From the NCBI GenBank assembly GCA_054600435.1, contig BAAIJX010000025.1:124001-188000 (forward strand): a stretch of 64,000 nucleotides of DNA, in the 5' to 3' direction. The notes beneath the pieces were generated by a model. It was not told the DNA's origin and did no database searches. It saw only the letters and a program-made list of their open reading frames with translations. Position numbers and translations under genes: made by a program. Origin of the DNA: Neophaeotheca triangularis. Lineage: Eukaryota. The stretch's first letter is position 1. The number at the start of each line of letters is the position of its first letter. Shown in pieces: positions 11,365 through 21,363 of this stretch.

Positions 11365-12720
11365 AGTAGTAGTAGTAGTAGTAGTTTTCGGTCCCTGCTT
11401 GTCGCAATTGCAGCTCTCGCCGCATGAAAGAGCTGATCAGATCATCAGTAGTGATGATGATGATGGGTGCCTACTGTACCTACAGTACCTACCTTACTGT
11501 ACCTACTGTACCTACAAGAGATCAGCGTACGGGTACAGATAGTGCGACCCGGCAGATGGCACGTGGATGCAATAATAATGATAATTATACAGTACCTTGT
11601 GCATTGACGAGTAGGATCCATGTTCCACAGCCTGTACCGCTGCACCTACATGTAGGTATTAGTATGTAACGGCGTCGAGACGTCGAGACGTCGCAAGTCC
11701 CATCGGTACCGGTATTGACATTATTATTAACATTGCTGATGTCCTCCAAGGATGGCTCGCTTGCAGAGGAGGCGGTTGCTGAAACACGCCCGATGCGCGA
11801 CAGTTGGAGCACCGACGGGGAATGTCGTAAGCTGTGATTGAGTTAATTACTAATAACCTTACTATGGTAACCTTCCCCTTCCCTGCCTGCTAGGTGGCCG
11901 TTGGTGGCCGTTGAAGCAGGAACGCGGCGGCAGTAGCAGTAGCAGTAGCAGCGCACCGTCCCTGCCGTGGACAGACAGACAGACAGACAGACAGACAGTA
12001 GGTACTACCGTACTACTACTACAGTACTACTAATAAGGTAGAGGTAGGTAAAGGTAGGTGCCTAGTACAGATGCAAAAGTAGTGCTACTTAAACCGGCAT
12101 ATACCTCTTCAAGAACTCCCAAGGCACATTCAAACACCCAAACACCCAAACACTCGGTAATCGACGTGCAATAATAATAACAATAATAACAATAATAACA
12201 ATAATAATAATAATAATAACAATCATGATATTCATACCTTGACGCCAGCCCTACAGCTCTGCCGTACAGTCTATCCACTCACTGTACAAGTCACAGACCT
12301 ACAAACATACTACTCCCCGTTCCAGACTGGATCAAGACAAGATAAGATGATTCTGCAACGATGCCCAATCCTCATGATTCGTTCGTATATTCCAAGTCTG
12401 GAGATGGTCAAAGGCACCTTCCATTCTACGCATCATGTCCGTCGTAAGGTAGACTCCCGAGGTCGTAATAATAATAATAATGGCGGACCATTGGTCTAGG
12501 TGGTCTAGGTGGTCTAGGTAGTACCTAGTACCTAGTACCTAGTATCTAGTAACTACCTACTATGTACCTAGCTACTGTAGGTACTAGTAGTAAGGTGAAG
12601 GTACCTACCTTACCATCAGCCTGAATCTACTTCCGGAAGCACACGCGAAGGCAACGCCACGTGGACTGGCTAAATCTTCCAGACTTCCATTCACTACTAC
12701 TACTACTTACCTTACACTAA
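11365..12720. repeat. Cluster of microsatellites and TpA-rich low-complexity DNA
   Basis: (GTA)n near 11365, (GAT)n near 11452, TACTGTACC repeats 11472-11514, (GCAGTA)n near 11929, (ACAG)n 11971-11998, (CAATAATAA)n 12169-12222, (GTACCTA)n near 12521. Confidence 0.85.
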
Positions 12721-13679
12721 CACGTGCCATTACATTATACCGTACCGTGACCCTCATTCCTTCCATATCTTTCCCTTGCACGACTCTGAGTCCGTAACCA
12801 TGCCTGATCGACAGGGCCGGGAGCAATTGACGCGTCGACGAGGTCTAACCAACAGCCTCGCACTGGCCTCAAGCTGGCTACCAAAAGAAATCAGTCCACA
12901 CTACATGACAAGCATCCAACGGGCCTTTCGTAACCACCCGCAGCTTGGGCCCCGCACCGAGCCAGCAATTGACTCCTACCACCACGCACCCATTACAACC
13001 GAGGCGGGCGGAACTAACCACATCAACCACGAAATGTAGCAATCCCAAACCACAAGCATATCCCCCGTCTGTCTCAGAACTCCAAAACAACCCGTCACTT
13101 GCTTCATCATCCCCAATCAAGGCAATCTCACTACTCCCATCCAGCTTTGGAACATTCCTCCATCAGCCAGAAAGCGCCTTTGCTCCCCATTTGACACAAC
13201 TGTTATTGGCACTCGGGCTTCGGTATTTGTCGAGACTCGAGTCCGCGCCCGTTGGAACCACGAGTCAAGATCCGTGCCTGTTATACCATTGTGCCGGGAA
13301 AGCTAAGAAAGTCAACCTTAGGTAGGGCACGTAGGGCGGCGACCGTTTGTGCCCAAACCGAGGTGATTGCGTCGACTGTTGTGGTTCAAGCGTTTTCATC
13401 ATGCGCCCTCTTTCCAGCGAGCCGCTGCGTCGTAGATTCGATAATGATACAAGATCTGATTCGCACTGGCAAGGCGAATCGTCGATGCTGGTTGAAAGAC
13501 TAGTTCGACGGCGTGGTATGGTATGGGCTCTGAGGGTTTCGGGTGACTTGACGAGGCTATAGGCATCTATCTTGACAGCAACACTCAAGGGTCAAGTAAC
13601 GCCGCGTCAAACGAGACGAATTCAAAGTGTTGCTGCGTCGAATCGCCGACTCTACTACTATCAAGTCGGTCGGAATCTT

Positions 13680-15224
13680 CTACTTCTTGAGCACCTGCTG
13701 ATCACGTGGTACATCCGGATCAAACCCAGCCAAACAATTGACAGTCTCCGCGCCCTCACCCGGATCATTAATCTCATCGCCTACAGGGTCCCGCCACCTG
13801 CCCGTCAATTTGATGTAGGCGTCCAAAGTCCCAATCAGCGACTCCCCGAGTTCCATCGCATCCCGGGCGCGCGAATGTGAGTAATGCGTCAAAACACTGT
13901 GGGCCAACTCCCTCTGTCCAGCCTCAATGAGCGTCCGGGCACTCTTCTCTACCCACGCCAAATCGACTCTGGACTCTGCCTCAAAGCCCTCGAGCATCTC
14001 TGTCACCACTGGCAGCAGCGTCTGAGGCGCGGAGCAGGTATAGTACAGCACCTGCTTGTACACCCTTCCGGCGAACCGCGTCGCTTCCTGTAATTGATAG
14101 TTGGCGCTGAGAAACGTGCTTCCGGCGTCTTTGGTCAGGTACCGATGCTGGCCAAACTCGGCCGGCACGCTGTCGACGCCCAACCACCAGGGCAGGAAAG
14201 GCGCAGTCACCGAGCCCGTCGGCGCGACCCACAGGCGTATCAGATCCGCTTCCAGGCCACCGCGCAAGCTCACCACTTGCCCGTAGCCGGCTTCGTCGTC
14301 TGCGATGCGTGGGTCGCGCACGCGCTGCATGAGGTCTTGTTCCGAGACTGGGGCCATGGCGAGGGTGGCTTCTTCGAGCTCCGCTTGCGATACGTACTTG
14401 AAGCCGCCGGTGCGCGCCCGGTAGCCATCGTCCTGTAAGCCGTAGACATTGAAGATGTTAAAAGTCTCGTTGCCCGACGGGTCGAACCAGCCGGCTTCTA
14501 CCGCGAACGAAACAATATCGTCGGACCCCATGTAGTCCGGGTTTTCAGCAAAATCCAGTGGGAACTCCTCAATGTAACCGGGATAGCTGACTCGGACGTG
14601 ATTGGGCCCCAGCCGTTCCGCAGCCCACAGCCCCCGTCCCCCAGCAAACTCCCACACCACCCAACCTTCGTCCGCATCAGCTATGAGATGCGAGTTGCCT
14701 CCGTAAGTAGCGTACCCGTAGCGAGCAATGAAATCACCAATCATCTCCACGCCCTGACGCGCGGTACTCGCCCGCTCCATGACAATGCGCGCCAGATCGC
14801 TATACTGGACGCCACGCTGAGGCGTCGGGGTCATGGCGACGAGCTCCTCGCGGTTCGGAGCCCAAATGTCACGAACCCCTACACCGCACTCGTTGACACC
14901 GCCATTGGTCAGGGGCGCGGGAAACCCTTCGTAGTCGCTGTACTCCATGCTGAGGTAGCGCAAGGTATGGGCGGCTTGCGGGATGCTGATGAGTTCGCCA
15001 GGGATGGCGGCATCCGCAGTCACGCCTACTTGGATCGTGGCGTTGGGCGCATGATCGACGGCGGGGAAGAGTTGAAGCCAGTGGCTGGAGACTTCCTCGC
15101 CCGTGCCACCTAGCAGGACGCTTCCTGAGGAAGTGAGGTTTTTGCCTACGTAGAAGCCGTAGCTGGCGAAGGCGGGCGTGGAGAGGAAGGTTAGTGTCGT
15201 GGTGAGCGAGGGGGCGGAGATCAT
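13680..15224 (-). CDS. Secreted Ntn-hydrolase, peptidase C69 / secernin-like
   Basis: Intronless 514-aa ORF from MISAPSL with a signal-peptide-like segment ending AFA, then SYGFYVGKNLT. Motifs NGGVNECGV, ERASTARQGV and GNSHLIADADEGWVVWE match C69 as I recall it. Confidence 0.8.
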   Translation of the reverse strand: MISAPSLTTTLTFLSTPAFASYGFYVGKNLTSSGSVLLGGTGEEVSSHWLQLFPAVDHAPNATIQVGVTADAAIPGELISIPQAAHTLRYLSMEYSDYEGFPAPLTNGGVNECGVGVRDIWAPNREELVAMTPTPQRGVQYSDLARIVMERASTARQGVEMIGDFIARYGYATYGGNSHLIADADEGWVVWEFAGGRGLWAAERLGPNHVRVSYPGYIEEFPLDFAENPDYMGSDDIVSFAVEAGWFDPSGNETFNIFNVYGLQDDGYRARTGGFKYVSQAELEEATLAMAPVSEQDLMQRVRDPRIADDEAGYGQVVSLRGGLEADLIRLWVAPTGSVTAPFLPWWLGVDSVPAEFGQHRYLTKDAGSTFLSANYQLQEATRFAGRVYKQVLYYTCSAPQTLLPVVTEMLEGFEAESRVDLAWVEKSARTLIEAGQRELAHSVLTHYSHSRARDAMELGESLIGTLDAYIKLTGRWRDPVGDEINDPGEGAETVNCLAGFDPDVPRDQQVLKK

Positions 15225-15924
15225 CTTGCAATCTCGATAGAGATTGGTAACGAAAGAATAAGATGCCTGGCTTGATAGTTGAGAGGGTTTGTGAGTCGGA
15301 AGGATTTTGCGAAGTAATACACCGCATAGATACATACTCTAGCTGAGGGGCATGTTTGATAAAGCCGCCAAAGCGGGGCCTCGATGTGGAGTCGAGGCTG
15401 TTGCCGGAGTAAGCTGTTTGTGCAGCGTTATCAGTTCTGGCAACATTGTGGTATCTCTGGCCTAATCTAGCAGCTGTACAGACTTTAACATCCACAATGT
15501 CTTTCCATCGTCTCCGTGCGTGAGACCGTGACCAGCAAAGCGCACAGATTTGCTGCTGCGCTCACGGCTTGCTCCATCTTACCAACAAACATTAGGTGGT
15601 TATCAGAATGATTAACTTGAGCAGAACCTACGCTCACATGGCTCTCAGGTCAAACAATATCCGGGTGAAAATGGTAGCCACCGGGATTCTTGTTCGCCGC
15701 CGTGTTTCGTTTGCAGCTGATGCGGAATTGGCGGACGAGGACGTGGCACTGGACCCCCTTACAGTCGGGAAGGCTGGCGTCACAACCATACTTCTCTTCT
15801 GCTTCAATGTCTTCCTTTCGTTAATGGATGCTTTGCCAGCTGCTGCCTTCGTCCATGATGCCCCGTCTCTTATTGCCGCGTTCGATTCGGTTGAAGAAGA
15901 TGCTTCCACGAAAAGTCATTGAGC

Positions 15925-17976
15925 CTACGTCGCACCTCCCTCCTTTTCACCGCCTTCTTTCTCCGTCTCGACTTTCACATCCATTCTCTCATCGCAAGAA
16001 GGCTTGTCATACTTTTCAGCGGGGTCTTCTGGCTTGACAGCGACAGCGACATCGCCCCCATCTTCATCTCCATCTCCATCTCCATCTCCATTTCCGTCTG
16101 GCTTTGGGTCGACTTGTTCTGGACCTTGTGCTGCCACGGCTTGTATGGCCTGCGCTTGGGCTAGAGCTTCATCAGCATCCTTCACAACGATTTCCAAATC
16201 CTTCCCAGGCTCCATCTTGTTAAGTAAGGCGGGCCTAGTCACTTTGATCTTCCTCAAACTCCTCCATTCAGCGTTGACAATGGCACTCCGGTACTTCTCC
16301 TGCCCCTCATCTGTCATCTCCATCTCCATGTCCAACTTGCTCGTTTCGATATTTCGCAGCAGCTGGTGTAGTGAGGGCTCGGCAAAGCGTCCCTGGTCCT
16401 TCAGAGACTCAATGCCACCACCTGCACCTTCCTCAAGGAAAGAGAGATCCATCGCGCCAATTGGCTTCTCTGGAACGGGGCGCGGTTTCGTTGCCTTGGC
16501 GGCACCGGTGCGGGCTGTCATCTCCTGCTCGACGGGTACTGGCTCGCGGACGATGATGGGACAGCCTTCGGCTTTCCACCTCACCCAATTCTTGTCGCGT
16601 GCGAGCACTGTCTCAACCATGCGAGTGTAGAATCTACCGTCAGATCCAGAGCTGAGAAGTGTCTGCGTGATTGTGCCGCGCATGTTCGAAGCCCACTTTG
16701 CGTCTTCTTCGTTGAGAGTGTATTGATAGAGCATAGAGTTGTTCGCCTTCTCGATCGACGTAAGCTTCTTCTTTGATTTCTCAGTCAGTGACAGGAGGAA
16801 GTCGGTGAGGATGAGAGCTTGGACCAGAATGTGTCTTTGGAAGGCCAAATCGCTGAGTTCGAGGTCGAAGAGTTCTGGACTTGTGAGGTATTTTGGGTTG
16901 TAATTGTCGATGAATTGGTCTTTGATGTCGCTGCTTTGGCCCATCTTATCCCTCACCCCGTCCTTGTCATCATCAGTGGCCTTGGTTTGCACGACGGTCG
17001 GAGTTTTTCGGAACTTGGAAATAGTCAAAGCCAGGCCTCTCTTGAATGTCTTGAAATTATCTTGCGAGAAAAGGCGGGTGGGGTCAGAGAATGAAGCTTG
17101 GAGCAACCAGAAGATCGGGTAGAGCTCATCGTTACTGAGAGTCTCCTCTTCCTCAACCGGTGCAGGCTTTTCTTTGGGCTTCTTCGGGTCTTTGATTGGG
17201 ACGGCCTTGTTTCCAGGTTTTGTTGGTGGCTGTGGCGTTCCTGTAGAGGACACCGGTGTCGCCGCCTCGCTTGGCGCAGCAGTGGCGGCAGATTCCGGTT
17301 TGTCAACGTCCATCGAGTCTGGAGGTGGTGTGCGGAAAGTGAATTGCGTGGTGTTCTCGACGTGAAATTCACCACGTAAATTTACCGAGCTCTTGTCGCC
17401 GAGCGGGAACGTCTGGAAGAGGAAGAAGAACACTCGACCGCAGAAAATGCTATCCTCTGCGCGGCTCAGTCTCCTCAACAACTCGTTGCAAGAACGCAGG
17501 AAGATGAGATGCTTCTTCTGGAAATCTCTGGCCACCAAGCGCTCCCTCCTGGATTCGAGGTAGTCGAAAACAGTCCGACTTTCAACCGTTGTTTGGCTGT
17601 CAAGCAGTTCCTCAAGCAGAGAGCATACGAGCTCCGGTGCACATTTGCCATGGTCGCCTCCCATCAAGAGAATGTCGAGGAGATTCCAAACTCGTACGAA
17701 GCCTGGCTCGTCGATCCTGAAATCCATAATTGCGTGGTAGAAGATGTCGCGAGCTGCGGTTTCGGTGACGGAAAACCAGAAGGGCTGATCTCCCTTTCTA
17801 TGCTCGCTGTCGTGAAGGGCCCCAATGCCTTCGGTGACGTCGGAAAAGGAGAGGGCAGGCTCAACTCCAGTCTCAGATTTGACAGTTGCTGCCTGCTCGA
17901 GCAATCTTTCCAAGCGCGAAGCCACCGTCATGACAGGCCCCATGGCTTGAGCCACGCTCACTTCACCTGCTGCCAT
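15925..17976 (-). CDS. HPR1: THO complex subunit 1 (Hpr1/THOC1)
   Basis: Motifs LRSCNELLRRLSRAEDSIFCGRVFFFLFQTFPLGDKSSVNLRGEF, PKYLTSPELFDLEL and RDKNWVRWKAEGC. Likely ATG at 17976. Confidence 0.92.
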   Translation of the reverse strand: MAAGEVSVAQAMGPVMTVASRLERLLEQAATVKSETGVEPALSFSDVTEGIGALHDSEHRKGDQPFWFSVTETAARDIFYHAIMDFRIDEPGFVRVWNLLDILLMGGDHGKCAPELVCSLLEELLDSQTTVESRTVFDYLESRRERLVARDFQKKHLIFLRSCNELLRRLSRAEDSIFCGRVFFFLFQTFPLGDKSSVNLRGEFHVENTTQFTFRTPPPDSMDVDKPESAATAAPSEAATPVSSTGTPQPPTKPGNKAVPIKDPKKPKEKPAPVEEEETLSNDELYPIFWLLQASFSDPTRLFSQDNFKTFKRGLALTISKFRKTPTVVQTKATDDDKDGVRDKMGQSSDIKDQFIDNYNPKYLTSPELFDLELSDLAFQRHILVQALILTDFLLSLTEKSKKKLTSIEKANNSMLYQYTLNEEDAKWASNMRGTITQTLLSSGSDGRFYTRMVETVLARDKNWVRWKAEGCPIIVREPVPVEQEMTARTGAAKATKPRPVPEKPIGAMDLSFLEEGAGGGIESLKDQGRFAEPSLHQLLRNIETSKLDMEMEMTDEGQEKYRSAIVNAEWRSLRKIKVTRPALLNKMEPGKDLEIVVKDADEALAQAQAIQAVAAQGPEQVDPKPDGNGDGDGDGDEDGGDVAVAVKPEDPAEKYDKPSCDERMDVKVETEKEGGEKEGGAT

Positions 17977-18219
17977 AGTCTTTGGCACAAGCAGCAGTGT
18001 AGAGCGAGCAGTCAACTCTTCAGGCAAGCATTTGCCTCCTTTTGTGCGTCGTCACACCAATCCGAATAGCTGTAATTGCTTAAGCCGCAAATATGCAGGT
18101 ACTGAGGAGCTTGAACTTTGCTTGTCGAATGTGTAAGAGGTATTGCGCGAGGTGGTGTAAAGTCAAGGTATTGAATGCCAACTGAAGTCAAGGGTGGAAC
18201 ATTTGATAGCAGCTTTGAG

Positions 18220-18262
18220 ACGCGCTAGTCACTAGCGTAAATTAGATAAGCGAAAGTCGCGT
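18220..18262. promoter_or_regulatory. Two MCB-like ACGCG cores in the THO1/CSM3 divergent promoter
   Basis: ACGCG at 18220-18224 and TCGCGT at 18257-18262, about 110-150 bp before the CSM3 ATG. Fits G1/S expression of a replication-fork factor, but CG-rich pentamers are common in this DNA. Confidence 0.35.
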
Positions 18263-18369
18263 CCCCCAGCTCGCTCAATTAACGATGCGCTTCCACTTGG
18301 GCATCATTGACCATTCGATATAACAATAGCTCAGGGTGTTACACATCCCCCTTCGTAAACACTTCCACG

Positions 18370-19470
18370 ATGTCATCAGCCGCAGCAAAATACCAGAGAG
18401 CCGGCTCAACGGGACAGGATGACCTAGACAACCTCTTCAACTACGACAACGCCGTCGAGGACTTTCTCAAAGACCTTCCAAATGGCGACAACAACAACAA
18501 CAATGACCCCCCTGATACAGCAGGCGCTTCAAAGCGCCAAGCCGACAACGACGAACTTGATAAAGAAATCAAAGAAGTCAAAAAGCGCAAACCAGTACCC
18601 AAACTTGACGAAGACCGGTTCGTGGACCTAATTCCTCCTCCGGTCTGATCCCCAGCTAACACCAACATCAGCCTCCTCTCTGACCAAGGAGTTCCTAAAC
18701 TCAAACGACTCGCCAAGACACGTGTGAAATTTGCCGGCAAAGGCCACGAGTATAGTGACATCTCGCGTCTGCTCAACACTTACCAACTCTGGCTCGACGA
18801 CCTGTACCCGCGGGCTAAGTTTAGAGATGCCTTGACTATGGTGGAGAAAGTGGGACATAAGAAGCGATTACAAGTCTATCGCAAGGCGTGGATTGATGAG
18901 TCCAAGCCTAGTAGGAGAGAGTTGACACCTGTGGAGGAATCAGGAAGGGGAGAGGGAGAGGTGCGGGCGGCAGTGGAGCCGACGATGAGCGGAGGCTTGG
19001 ACGGCGGAGCTCAGGGTGGAGAAGGAGGTGTTAGTGTGGAGAATGTGGTTGGTGGCGCGGATGATGCGCCGGAGGAGGATGAGCTTGATGCGTTACTGGC
19101 AGGCGACGGCGGTCAGCAAGATATCGCTGCAAAGCCGACTAGCAGGCCGCAGCCGCAACGATCTGACGAGCATGCGGATGAGCCAGACGAAGACGAGCTT
19201 GATGCGTTAATGGGTATGGATATGCCTCAGCAGCGGCCAGCGACTCGCGAGCCAGACAAATCGCAGACAGCCCGCCGTAAGACAGGGCCCTTTGAGGACG
19301 ATGATTCCGATGCCGATGAGCTGGACGCGCTATTAGATGCACAGGGAGCAGGCTCAGGAGAACCTCATCACCCGAGTGCTGGACGGGACACTGCGCCCAA
19401 TCATGGTAACGACAACGATTACGCGGACGATGAAGATGCTATGGCTGAGATGGGAGGAGATATGTGGTGA
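18370..19470 (+). CDS. CSM3: Replication fork protection complex subunit Csm3/Swi3/Tipin
   Basis: Intron 18618-18671. Swi3 domain KRKPVPKLDEDRLLSDQGVPKL...KGHEYSDISRLLNTYQLWLDDLYPRAKFRDALTMVEKVGH. Confidence 0.92.
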
Positions 19471-19983
19471 AAGTAGAATCCATGGAAGTTCTGTAACGAA
19501 GTCCAAGCAGCACGGGGTAGGGGGGTACAACCAAATTCTTGGCGGAATACGACCCGCGCGTACATTACTGAGTCCAGCATTCGTTGGGAAAGCAACTGCG
19601 TTGCTCCAACGTTACACAAGCTTCATAGTTTGCAGTGTCCAGTTGCTGTCCTTGAGACCACAGGGTGAGGAGAGGCGCGACTACGCTTGGGCTGAGCGGT
19701 CAAGTCAGTAAAGCCCCGCCTATCACCATCAGAGCAACCAAGGCCATTGTTCCGGGAGCAACGAAGGCGCAAGATTTCTCTGTAAGGCGACGAATCACAG
19801 CTGGAGTTGCGTATCGCTGCAGATGTAAGAAAACACTTGATAGAATGTGAGCCGATGGGGCAAAATGCCAGTAAGATAGGCGCGGTCCTGGCAGTGTGCT
19901 CATCGGTATATATTGAACGGGCGATTCCTTGCGAATCCGAGCCACTGGCCGTAATGAAGCCGCTAGCCATTTGCTTTCAACTC

Positions 19984-20726
19984 CTAGACCGTCCTCCGAT
20001 CCGACATGACCCTCAGTATGCTCCCTGGCCCAGCCAACTCAACAAGCTACAAGTCCAAAGTCAGCCTACTAGTCCTCTTATCACGAGCTTCCAACCCTTC
20101 CACCGTCAAGACTCACCTTCTCATGCCAACTCAAAAGCACACTCATAGCCTGGCCTCCACCCTCAGCACCACCAAAGTTCCGGCCCCCAACCTGACTGAA
20201 CCCCGTCTGCTGGGGAGTGATGTTCCGACTTCCCGTGGCGGAACCCCCTTTGCCCTCATTCTGCGCCATCCCCTTGTAGAGATACTTCATCAGCGTGTCG
20301 CAGTACTCGCTGCCGCCTTCGGACTGGTGCAAGCGCTGCAGCATCGGCGTCATCTCGGCCTGGCGGATTGATTGCAGGATTTCCGTGACTGTTTTGAGGT
20401 GTATGCTCTATGTGAAGAGCAAGGGAGGCTTGGTTTTAGCATGTGTTTTTGGGTCGTTCTTGAAGTAGCCCAGGTTGCTGGCTGGTTTGTAGCCTTCTTA
20501 CCTTTCCTTGCTCGTCGGCGCCGTAGGGGGCATTTTCTAGAGCTCCTCGTAGAGCACCTTCGTTGTCGCCGCCGCGCAGGAGCTGCCGTATTTGGTTTGA
20601 GAGGTTCTGGACATCGGGGGTGGAGACGGGTTGGACGGCGGGGGTGAGGGTGGAGAGGTCGAAGTTGTACGAGGACTCGGGGTCGAGGGCGTCGATGTTG
20701 ATGGTTCGCCAGTTGAACTCGGCCAT
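19984..20726 (-). CDS. ARC15: Arp2/3 complex subunit 5 (ARPC5/p16-Arc)
   Basis: Three exons: NWRTINIDALDPE...ALRGALENAPYG; HLKTVTEILQSIR...DTLMKYLYKGM...VLLSWHEK; LVELAGPGSILRVMSDRRTV*. Confidence 0.95.
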
Positions 20727-21363
20727 GTTGGTGGTCTACTGTTTGACAGGATGGGAGCGAGGGATGGTAGCGGAGAGGAGATATTGTTTCTACAGCGAGT
20801 TATGTACACAGCTCATGCGGAATCCAAGGTCAGGTAAGGTAAGGTAAGGTAGGTCGGTCGTGCCTAAAGTCAAGCAGAGCCGCAATCGCAATCGCAATCC
20901 TAATCGCAGGGCAGTGGTGGGGGCCGTGGCCTGCTAGTGGAACAGAGGCAAGCTTGGAAGCTGATTGGCTCGTTGCATGAAGCTCAACGGCCGCGCTTTA
21001 ACGCGTCCACGTCTCCCACCTGTATTATGGATGATGGATGGTGGGCTTATTGACCATAACACTACAGTTAATTTGCAACGCCGTAGTCCTTGTATTAATG
21101 CTCTGATACCTACATTCGCAGGAGCTGTAGGTAGTATTTGATTATTAGTTGGATAAAGCAACACCGGCCGATCTTTCCCGCCATCGATCAATGCAAGAAG
21201 CTCTAAACAAAGCGCGGGCGCTGGCGCGGAGACGGAACCTTGTTATGCCCAGAGCTAAGCTACTGTAGGTACTACCTAGTCTGTATCTCGACCAAACAAC
21301 AACCTTTAGCCAACTGCTCGTTTGCAGCAGCAGCAGCGCAACAAATTCCTGGAGTAAGCAGAC

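Noticed and set aside
12030..12278. ORF encoding poly-Tyr/Cys
   Set aside because: It is only the translation of the (CAATAATAA)n microsatellite.
15634..15924. About 90 open codons in frame downstream of the THO1 stop
   Set aside because: Two stops (TAG, then TGA) would have to be read through, neither has a leaky TGA-CTA context, and the peptide has no recognisable features.
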